A stretch of 64,000 nt of DNA from Phoronis australis (Eukaryota > Animalia > Phoronida). This document shows positions 40,201 to 52,200 of the stretch, one piece after another. How positions within the stretch are numbered: position 1 is the stretch's first letter; every line of letters begins with the position of its first letter. The notes under the pieces were generated by a model. That model saw nothing but the letters and a program-made list of their open reading frames with translations, made no database searches and was not told the origin of the DNA. The stretch lies in assembly GCA_002633005.1 (NCBI GenBank), contig NMRA01000093.1:142548-206547 (forward strand), in the 5' to 3' direction. The position numbers and the translations under genes are program-made.

Positions 40201-43200
40201 TGATAGTTGGTTTATTTGGTAATAACACAAAGGTAAGTTTTATTTTTTTCAACAAAAGACATACAGAACATTTCAAAACCAAACTGAAAAGTTACATGCT
40301 TTCGAGTTGTAACTTTGCTAATCAAGCAAGACAAGTTTAATCTTAACAACAAATGAAGATAATTCTTAGGGCTGCAATAAACCACGTTCTAGTAATAAAA
40401 CATGCCATCCCTCTTTACAGGTGTATTTGCTTGTCAGAATTGCCTGCAATTCCTTGGCCCCTGAAATAAACCCACCTTGGTTGATGGGCTAGGTCCCAAA
40501 ACTAACCCACCCTTACAAACCAACTTAATAGGCCTTGTCTGAAATATAAACGATGTGACAGTTCTTATTAGGCTAGAAATCATTGCTAATCTGGGATAAG
40601 AATGAGAAGAGATTGACTTTGTGTCTGTGAAAGTACGAAAAATCCCAAGTTGTGTTTTAAGACAGAAGACGCCATGTTCTTGCTCCTTTAGCTAAAGAGG
40701 CTATAGCACAAATGTCTCTTCTCTCAGAAATTGAAACGTCTGAAAAGAAGTTCTAACATTTTCCTTGTTTATGCATTTTCATTATTTCAGATAAAAGACA
40801 AATATACCTTTATTGATGGAGCAACCTCATGCCTCATGACTAAATTTCTTCTCATCAATAATCACTGGTATTTCAGAAAAAAATGTTTTGCGTTTCAGTT
40901 ACTGCGGTTATAATCGTTATTTTTGACTGGTTTTTGGAATACTTTGCAGTGAACTATGTGGACGGGACTTGAGAGAGCACAAATAAGAAAGCTGTTCATT
41001 CTGTTAATAGACCAAAACACACCATTGTCCACTCTGGTGCCTTGCTAAATAATCATCATGTCAGTATGACATACTGACATCCGTCCAAGTAATTCTATTC
41101 AGATTTCCAAGTCTGGTTCCCGTGTGATATATATTTTTTCAATTCTATAGCCTTTTACTCATTTGTAGAAAAATTTCTAATAAAAGTTTTAATTGTACAT
41201 TCTAATTGTTCTTACACCATCTTGTTAATTAGGTGTTTAATACTTGCTTTCCTTTTTATCAGGAGGCTATGGGAGACCAGTGGTACAACTGAATAGGTTT
41301 TATCCTGAATAAACATGTCCTACTACAACAACAATCACAACAACAACAACAACAACAACCTCCTGTTTAGTATTCTTTTAGAGGTTTAACCACTTGTATT
41401 TAATCTTCCCACACAGTTGCATTAGATGATTATATCTGAACAAGTCCACACCTGCCATGCGTGCAGTTGACTGACAGCGGCAAGCCTAATTAAACACCGT
41501 TTTAAAAACAACTAAATTGATTCCGATTTGGGACTTTCAGTAACAACATTTCTCACTGCTGCCTACACATTTCAGGAAAAAAATAACTCAACAATAGCCA
41601 GCCTAAATCCCACTAGACCCCCTTGAGGATATAGGGAGGTGACTGTACTATCAGATAAAGAATGCCAAAGAGGGATATGTATGGGAAGTTGATGATGTTT
41701 GATCATCAGTTGGACTTATCGCAACAATGAATGCAATAATGGAGTGCATATGCATGGTAAGTAAAACCAGAATTTTACAGTTTTAATTGTAAGTATGGTA
41801 CTGTACTATTGTCGTCACATTTTTTACACGTGTTATAGTTGTAAAAACTATACTCATACGCGACATTGCCCTCATATTTTCTTCATAAGTTTAGTTGTAA
41901 ACACTGCTCATCTGTAATATTGCACATTTTTACAGGTTTAATTGTTAAGTATTGTGCTCATCCGCAATTACGTCATACCGTTTGTACACAGTATTAGTAC
42001 TGTTGTTAACACCCACTCTCGTGCAATATTGTCATCACAATGTTTTACATAAATTTTCAGTAAATGCAGTACTCATATTGTCATCACATTTTTGTCTACA
42101 AATACAATAATGTTACAAATCGCTTGAGCCAAAAGGCTCATTCACAATTAATCAGTAACTTAGCCAAAGAACAAGTTGCATAGAGTTTGGAGCTAAAAGT
42201 CTGAGTGCACATGAAACTGGCACATCGTATAGATTGGGGGTGGGCATCTGATGCTATGACCAGCCTTGATGTCTATTAGTGAGTACTTTCTTGGAAACAA
42301 ATCAGACAACAAAACTAAAATGATGAGAAAGTAAAATAAACGTTGCTGTGCTTGATTTAACTGAAATACCACATCCTCCATTGAAATTAATCTTGACCAA
42401 CAATACAGCTTCCATGCTAAGATTGCTAAATGTTTTACACTGAAGCTATTAAGCCCAACCTANTGCGTTGGGCTGAACAAAGACAGCAGTAACAGATGGA
42501 AGTTAACTCATGTTCCAAAAGAATCCGATATAGATTTGGGAGAGTGATAAAAATGCGTAAAAATGGCCTTAATAGTAAGTAGAGAAAATGATGTTTTTGT
42601 AGGCTAAAATGGGAGGACATAAAAAATCAATAAATCCACCCGAACTAGTTTTTCTTGTATGTTATTCTTTCTCCTTTCTGCTATATAGTTATTTTTTTCA
42701 ATAGCGTGAAGCGATGATGTGCTGTTGCTAACAAATTGTCACCTACTTCCAAGCACTATTATTTGCTATTTTCCAGAAAAAGTACAAAGTGGTCGTAAAA
42801 AGGGTTAAAAAAACTCGGAAGCTCTTAAAAATTCAGGCTCAGGTTTCTTTTGACAAGGCCAGCTGATGTGCTAAGTTTAAAAAAAATTGGTGATTTTGCA
42901 TATATAGCCCACCATCTGGTTTTTATATGGAATTGCTCTTAAGTGCTTGGAAACAGAACCACATTCCCCATTATTTAGCCACAAGCCATGTTGCTTTGGC
43001 ATATAACAAATCAACCTGCTTAATATCTAAACTTATTGAATTCAGTCTTCAAAAATAACAATTTTCTACTCTTCACAAGCTTAGAAACTACTTCTCACCT
43101 GACATCAATTCACAGTGATAAGTGGTCCTTTTCAAAAGTTGTTTTTCACATAAATATTGTTTGAACCAGACAGATTGTAGAGCAAGTCTTAAAATACAAC

Positions 43201-46200
43201 TCACAAGAAACATTATCCCTCACCATACTAGCAATACCTGCAATAAACAAACAGCAAACAATGCCAAAGGTAGATACATGCTTTGATTTTCTTTAAAATA
43301 TTGTATAATATATCCATGTGCACGAATTACAGGAAATATTTTACCCATTTTGGTGAATTATTCTAGATTATTTTTGATGAAAGACGAATTTTGATAAAAC
43401 CACATTTAATGCTTCACAGCTATCATGAAACGATATTCTGAATAATTGGGGATATTCACAACTATGTAAAGTCTCGTTTAGACATCAATTTTTAGCCCGG
43501 CGCAACTGACACGGAGCAAATTGACCCGTGTCAAGCGGCCGTTTACACACACAATTCACTTACTGTGGCAAGACGGAAATTAAAGGCTGGAGAGACTGGA
43601 TCGCACATGCGCAGGTTTGCAAATGACGAGAGTTGCAGAGACAAAGAACTTATATGAAGGTCATTGCACAAGCGCAGTAGAGATGATCCTTTCCCCCTTG
43701 CTCCAGTTTCGCGTTTAGACTTATAATTGACACGGCGCAATATGTTCAGGCGCAAATTGCTCTACTTCACAAACGGATGGCAAAAATTTGTCACTGCAGT
43801 GTCAATTAGCTCCGTGTCAGTCCGTTTACACACCGGAACAACTAGTTCCGTGTCAGCTGATCCGTGTCAACTTTTAAGTGTAAATGGCACTTAAGACAAT
43901 CCTATGTAAATTGAAAAAGGACAGCTTTACCAATAATCTGCATGTTAGGTAAGTGAGATTTCACTGTAGGGTTATTTAACACACTGAAAAGTTAATGTAA
44001 AGCTGTTAGCTAAAGCAATTAAAGAACAGCTTAATCGTTAAACTTACAGTAGGTCTATAGACGCCTAACAGCAAATGCAGAGTCCTATAGGAATGATGGA
44101 GTAAATTATTATCAATAATTTTATTAGTTCACCATCTGAGTCCTAATTATCTTTAACAAAGCAGAACAGAGAGTCGTTGGAGTATGTCTTCGACTTAACT
44201 GGGCAAATTAAAAATCTTGGTATCAATGAAATATTGTATTAGTTGTCTTGCTTTATGGGTAAAACCATTTCCAGAGTTTGATGGATTAGTCTTGTCCATC
44301 ATTATTAAAGTATCTGTTATCAGGAGTTCGTTACATCAACTGAAAAACAACTCATTATTGATTATTTGGCGCGTAAAATAATGGAATTTGCAATCTGATG
44401 AGAGAAAACCCCAGTCAATAAACACCCCTCTCATTAATGCTACCTGCAAAGACGCAGAGGTATGCCAAAGAGAGCACCTAAATTTTGGTTCGACTGGAGA
44501 GTAAAGGCATTCCGTATCCTGGACAATGATAAAGTAAGCTCTTCTTCTTCTACTTGGCAGCTCTGGAGAACTTGAAATTCACTCGGTGTCTTATGTGAAG
44601 CAAGAGTTTTACCTGTAGAAATACCTGTATTCAGGTAATTAGGTGGGACCCTTCTCACCTCAACTGAACCATGCTGGTAATGCCCTTTCATATGAACTTA
44701 ACAACAGTATGAGCGAAGCGTCAAAGTAAACTGTGAAGGCAATTGAATCGTTTATTCCAGCTTCAGTAGTTGACAGCATCGAAGTAAATGGTAGGTGATG
44801 CTATCGTTATCGAAGTAATCGCAAGGTAGCTCTGATGCATCCCGTGCACACTAAACATTTTTAAGAGACGATTTGAGAACATATAAGTGCTAATTGACAT
44901 AAAACTTCTAATTCGTTTGGTGATTATTTGAGCAAAAATATAAGCAACTATTAGCAATGACACTGCCCTTTCATTGTTATGATTGCAGTGGCCCCTTAAA
45001 TGAGATCAAAGTTGACTGCTCTTATTGCACCGTCGACACTTCAATGTTCGATTCAGGACCCAAGTTAACCATTCGTACTGGCTGCAACTCCCCAAAACAT
45101 CGACGTGTCGACGATAGTATGAAAGGGCCTATAGACTGCTTTCCATATCGCCACCTAGTGAATATCAAATCATTATCGAAGTCCTTTCACAATGTTAGGT
45201 ATTTGAGGCCAAATCATGCAATGAGTATGTGTGTCAGCGAGTGATGAAAACCAAGGGGCATCGCAACAGTGGAAAGAGTTGCAGAAACACTGCTCTCGTC
45301 AACACACCTCAAGCGTAGTCCCTTAAGCAGCAGGGGCCTGTTTCATGACAGTGGCTAAGACTTAAGACAGAAATTTGGTCTTACAATTGGCCAGTTCACA
45401 ATTGCTGTAAAAAAACTTTTGCAAAGTGCTTATAAATACATCACACTCCAGACATAATTTCTAGAAATTATCTCAGTAACTATCAGTTTAAATGTGTATA
45501 TTCTCAGAGACATTACACTTTTGCTAAAGTGAGATTTAATTAATTTTCAGAAATAGTTTTGTGGAGCATGCAAATTCCTGACTTAACTCTTAAGTCATTT
45601 TTCATGAAACAGGTCCTAGGGCTCCATTCATAAAAGTTTTATTCTCAAAGTTAGATTGCTGACATGACGTCATCACCATTGTTCAACAAGCGCAAGGTGA
45701 CAGGTGATGGAATCACAGCATTTTTATTTAGGTCTAAGTTAAGACTTAACTAATTTCATGAAAATGAGCATGAAACAATCCAAAATAGGATTCAACTAAG
45801 TTCCCTAAATCTTTTGCCTATTTGCATCTTAGTTTACTCACAGATGAAATCTTATTGTCTCATTTCATTTTTATTATGATCTCCTCTTTGACTAAAGACA
45901 TTTTCTAATAATATAACTAATATAAAAAGTGATCCCTGAATTCAATGAAAATAAATACTAATGAACTTAGTCCTTAAGTTAGGAGCGTTGCATGAAAAGT
46001 TCCCTATACATTTTCGATAATATTGAGAAATCAACGTCGAGCTCACTCTCGCGAGTCAAAAGTTGACTTAGTAAATAAATGAAACTAAAACAGCATAAGA
46101 AAGGACATTTAGTGTTTAGTGTGTAGATTTAGGGAACTTAGTCGAGTCCCTACTTGGGACTGTTCCAGGCAACTGGCCACAGGGGTCTAAGTTACATGGG

Positions 46201-49200
46201 AGTAGGGGGTGGACATTATGTGAGTGTTTGCAATGTACTGTTGTTATCTTATAGTTAAAACTGGTTAGATGAATGAAAAGATTGCTTGATGCAAGTATTG
46301 AGTCGTTGATACCCTATGCAGACATCAATACAGTGATTGAAAATTGAAACTAAAAACATGGAAAATTATAAAATTTTATGTAACTATTTTGAGATTGAAG
46401 TTTAAAAAACTTTCTACAACAAATTATTTTTCAATAAACTATGTTTCAAGATGGGTCAATTTATGTCAAATGACCTTCAATAACAAAACTTTGCAAGGAG
46501 GCAACGATAATTTAATTGTATACAAATATGATATATATTCTGGATTTAAAACAAACAAATGAATTTCTTCTGAGTGAAAAGTTCCTTAAACTGGTCCTAA
46601 ATAAGACGAAAATTACTGGACTGCAGTGTTATGCCAGCCTATACCATTACTAAATTTATTATTCCTGCCTCATAAATGAGAAGAAATTTGCAGTCTATGT
46701 AATAATTACTGTCTCTAAAATTATTATATTTGGTAAAAATTTCCAGCCTATACTATATTCTACCGTTATTCGGAACTCGAACCTGTCATCATTAGTGTGC
46801 AATTTTCTGAAAGACTGCACCCACATTTCCATTGCATGACAGCCGATGATTTCTTTGATGGTGGCTCCATCAAAAACACATTCAGATTTCAGACAAATGA
46901 ATTTTATCAACATTATAAGAATTACAGATGACCATCACCATTTATGGCAGATTATATAGCATTTCAATATCATCCAAGCCGCCCACTAGAAGAAATATCC
47001 GAAGTTTGTATTGATTTTACAACAATTGCGGAGGGGAATTTCTTGCACCACTCAGATAATTAATGACTGACAGATCACATGATCACAGAGGTAGGAAACT
47101 AAGATATTAATAAGAGCAATTAAGAGGAAACTTATGGTATTATTATGGCCAGCCAGTGGGGTCGCAAGCCACCGTAGTGCAATTCGAGAATGGGGCACTT
47201 TGTATGCGAGTACTTGTTTTAACTTCAACTGACATGATAATCTACACTACATCAAAATATAGCAGTAACCTCTATGGAAATGTAAAAACTATTTAGGGCA
47301 TAGACAAATTCAAACCCTATCTCTACCCTTCTTCCGATGTCGCAAATTTCTCTATCCCCTTAATCACAAATTTAAAACACTTTTCCCCAGGTCATTTTGC
47401 CCACAGTCGTCCCCAACGAAAGGCACTGCATGACGAGGCTGAGAGACGTTGACCTTAACATATTAAATTACCAAGAATTGTAGCCTATTTGCACACTCGT
47501 ATGCACGTTACATTTACGTGGAAGATTCGTTCATAAAATGATGGGCTATTTCAGAATTGATGCTCAATGCAAATTTGGAAGAGAAAATTGTTCAGTGTCC
47601 ATGACCATAAATGTTGGGAACAGGGAACAGTGCACACTCCAGTAATGTTGAACTTAATGCTACATTCTGTGTTATGTTCAATTATCATTTGATATTTCAT
47701 GCAGAATGATGACTATCTTCATGAGCAATGTGATGACTGACACATATAGACTCTAAACTGCCCTGAGTACTTCCAGACCTTATTGAATGTAGTGATTGCA
47801 GGGCCATACCTGAATCTATTCTTTGAAACTAAATTAGGCTATGCACAGAAATTTCAATTAGCAAAGGTCAGTTAAAAAAAGACAAATTACCACCAACTCA
47901 TGGGACATTAGGCAGAACACTTTACTAAGGGTTAAGTTGGATGAAATTTCTCAACTGCAGTGACATGCGTGATAATTTGATGAAGTACGGTAAAACTCTT
48001 TCTCATGTTCAATCAATCGGATCGAAATATCTTGGTAGGTTAGCTGGATTCTTTAAAGGGCTTGCCACCTGGTAATCTTTTGCTATAATTACTGTTTGTG
48101 AACAAAATATTGCACATGTGATCAGAAAAGTTACATCACACCACCAGATGGTGCACAAAGTAAATGTGAAAAGTGGGTAACACTCCATTCTCAAGACTTG
48201 ATGTGTATTTGGTGAGACCATGCCAGGTTCTACTGGAGTGACAGACTAGATTAGTTTTCACATTTTCAATAAGCTTGCAAACTTACAAGAGCACACTAAC
48301 ACAACGATCACCAACAAAGTGATTGGTCAGCAAGGTGGAAGTGTTGAATTCTGGGAGAATAATGAAGTAAATACGCTATTTCCATTCTGCAAGCCACGAT
48401 TTCTGGCTGCAAGTGTTTTGGGTTACACAACACACCTCTGCTAGCAAATTTCATGAAACAAGTTACTATATTAAAACTTACTTGGATTTTCTAAAATTTG
48501 GGCAACTAAAAACCAGGCAGCATTTCAGAGATCTTTTTAATGTTGAGAAAAATTCAGGTTAAAAATTTTGCAAGAACATTTTAGCAGACAGTGCAATACA
48601 AACTGGTATCCTACATTTTCCCAAATCTTATCTTATTTTCATGTGCTATGAAGTTCCAGGAGATAATTTTCATTTTCCCTAAGTTCCACTATTGGATTAG
48701 AGCCTTTCCATGCATCTCTAACTCTTTCTTAACCATTCATCAATCATTCCCACGATTTCCTTACATCTATTTTTCAACTCCTGACATTGTTACCCAGTTT
48801 CAAAACCATGTGACTAATTCCCCTGGTGAATTGCCATTGCTTATGATTTTATAACGCCGAGGAGCAAATTCGTTACACAATAAAACGAAGACAAACATGT
48901 CTTGTAACAACTATAGTTTTGAATAAATCTTGACAATCTGTACCGCAAAAAGAAAAAGGTAGTTAGGCTCTAGAGCACCTTTTCGAATACATTTATTTAC
49001 AAAGTCATTTTTGATGCTCCAAGGGTTAAAGCATTTTGATTATTGCTCAAAATATTATTAAAATGGTCACAAAAATTATGTGGAACTCTCTTTGACCGAA
49101 AGTACAAACAACTTCTATACAAAGTAGTCATAACCCATACTTAGGCCCCAAGTGCAGAGGACCTCAGACACAAATGTCAATCAGGGGAAATTAACATTGG

Positions 49201-52200
49201 GCAAATATTGACATAGCATTAGAGATTAACTCATCAATACCTAATGATACTGTTAATATGTACTTAGTCAGGTGGACTGGTTAGCCATTTACACATGGCT
49301 GATCACAACATTGGTAACATTGTGGTATTTAGCATAATTTGTGTTTAAAAATCTAACCTTGATGGATAACATGTTAATTTGATTAAAATACTGTTGTATG
49401 TTTAGAGCATCACTCAGAAGTCATAAATAAATAAATGTAATGGGCAGTAATACTTAATTTCCTCTGTATCACTGCGAGAATGCTAAATTAATTGAACAAC
49501 ACCCACACGCAATGGAGTTCTATTCAGACCCTTATTCAATACCTACTAACAGTCTTATGTTACTTGTTCTATAGAAGTTGATGCAATACCACAGGAAAAG
49601 GCTACTTCACAAATCACTTGGTGTGTTCACATCTGAGTGATTTAGCCATGTTTTCTGTTGATGCTAAAACTGTACTGGATACTAGGCAAATACTTCTAAA
49701 GTTACAAACATCTCTTGACGATTACATAAAAATGATTTGTGAAAAGGTTTAAAGCCTATCTTCAATGGTAATACATGTAAATTTGGTTCCTACAGTATGT
49801 TAAGAGCATCCCTCTGAGCCAACTAGTGCTACAAATTGCCAAATGTAACAAACTGTAAGGCGTATTGGCTTGCTTTTGTCTATGTCATCGCGCGAGAATC
49901 ATTTTTAATTAAAACAGCTGCGAATAACACCTGCAGGCAATGGTATTCTATTCAGATCCATCCCCATTCAATACAACTGTTATCGGCCTTTTGTTGTTTA
50001 TGCTGGGATCTCGCGGTGACACCGCATGGCACGAAAAGGCAGCTTCACCTATCATTTGACGGGCTTACATTTGCGTGATTGAACTCCCGTTTACTTATTT
50101 TACTAAGGCTTTGCTAAGACTATCTGGTTAGCACAACAGAAAATAACAAAATTTCGTTGAAGTTAGGCTCTTAACTGGTTATTTTGATCCGCAGTCAATA
50201 TATGTCCAACATACATATTTTCAAAACTAATGAACTGATGAGTTAATTTCTTCCAACGTTAAGAGAAAACGACTCGGGTTTTAATTCACCCCAACACTAT
50301 GTGATGTTAAATCATGCCACGACTAGCTGGTACCCACACAAAGTAGGCACAGAGAACAGGTGGAGATGAAACTAATACAAACACCATACTTAACACATCG
50401 CCGAGTTTGAAGAGCACAGCAAACCCATTACCTTAGCTAATGATAGTAAAGAACTCCTGAAATCACAGGGCGTGATAACAAAGCATGTAGACTTGGAGCT
50501 TATAACACCAGGGTAACAACACAGAAGTTTTTTAACAAAGACACGATTAAATGGAAGCAATGACGACAACTTGACCTTGGACGAGAATCTGTCACAATGC
50601 AGCGTAACGAACAACACACACAATACTACACAAAACTGCACAACAATGCCAAAACATATCCCTAGAACACCCCAAGTTTAGTGCAACATCAGAGCGAGAC
50701 CAGCTTTCAAGCGTCCCAGGTTTTGTGACTTATCAACCAGAATGTAACATTTGTAACCCATATGCCAAGACAAGTGGTTGAGAGTAATGGACTTTTTCGA
50801 GATTTTTTGAAGGCCCAGCAAATAAACCAACTGGCAGTTCCGTACCAAAAGTCAAAGCAGTTCCACCACAAGGCTGAGATATGTGGACCAGCCTGCTCAG
50901 CTGTCATCGAGCATTATTAGCTAATAACAGAATTCCGCTTAGAGTATTGATGTATAGATGAGGCCCACCTGATTAAGATGCAAACCAATAGATGACACTA
51001 GAAGCAAATTCCATAATTGTCTCCCACTGTAACATTTACAAGAAATACAGTATAGTTTACGATGAAGACTAAATAAATATTAAAAGCCTGATAAATCTGT
51101 GATTAGAAATTATTTGATGAAGAACATAACATGCACCTAACAGCGATTGCATTATGCTTAACAGTTCCCAACACTGGAATGAAGCAGGATTTTCGTAAAC
51201 GCAAGAATCTCAAGAGAAAGGCTAGCGTGATCACGTGCTTTGCCTGTGACACAGTGGCATTTTTGTGAGTGTTTTGAGTGTATTGCGTCTACACAATGGG
51301 CACCAGGTGTTGCCTGGACAAAGCTGCATCTTCACATATGCATCTAAGCAAGAAGAACCAAAAATTCTACTTCAGAATCAACATTATCAATATATGATAT
51401 AAAATATCAAAAACAGCTAAAAAGGAGTCAAAAACAAAATGCAGGTCTCATAGTACATAATTATGCCATAAAATACAGCTTCATCACATTTGCATTTCTT
51501 ATTTATGTTAAGATGTTTTCTGTGGCAATTATACCAAATAACGATCAGTGTACAATTTATTCTATTTTTCTACACGATTTGTCATTCAAGTAAAATTTGA
51601 AATGTGTATATCACCTATTGGTGACCACTTGATGATCAACAGCTAACTGTTCAAGCGGCATTTCGTCATGTTTAGCTGACTATAAAAATCAAACTGAACT
51701 AGGATTTTTTACTCAACTCATAAATTTTGATATTCCTTACCAGCTGTTACCTACAAGAATTGTTGAAATCCTCAACAATTCAAGAAATGGCTTCTCACAG
51801 TTTACTAGCAGGGCTTGATCATCCCTAAAATCATGAATTCAAAAATGGTGCATGTATGCATTTCCTGTGAGCGTGGTGATGTTTTTAACCACTAAGAGCT
51901 TTGGTTAAGAATTCAACACTGACAGCTAAACAGTGGCGTAATGCACTTTACAGAAATGACAATTCTCACCTGTCTTTCAAGTGCAAAGCGCTTCAGCATT
52001 TTATCTTCAACACTCATTTCTGCATCATTTTCTGCAAACCTTTTGTCGACGAACTTGTTGTTTTTGTCTCTTTGCTTGTATTCCTGCAGCAACGTGTCCT
52101 TTCGCTGAAGAAAATTCAATAAAATAATAACTTTGTTTCTTTATCCTAGTCCCAAAAATCTCTATTTCAGTTACTCTTAACCACTGGACATCGACAAAAC

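Noticed and set aside
42452-42475. Small hairpin AGCCCAAC...GTTGGGCT around the single N at 42463
   Set aside because: 8-bp stem around an ambiguous base; may be an assembly artefact or chance.
44957-45244. 95-aa ORF with two CxxC pairs as a zinc-finger gene
   Set aside because: No recognisable family pattern and no supporting exon structure.
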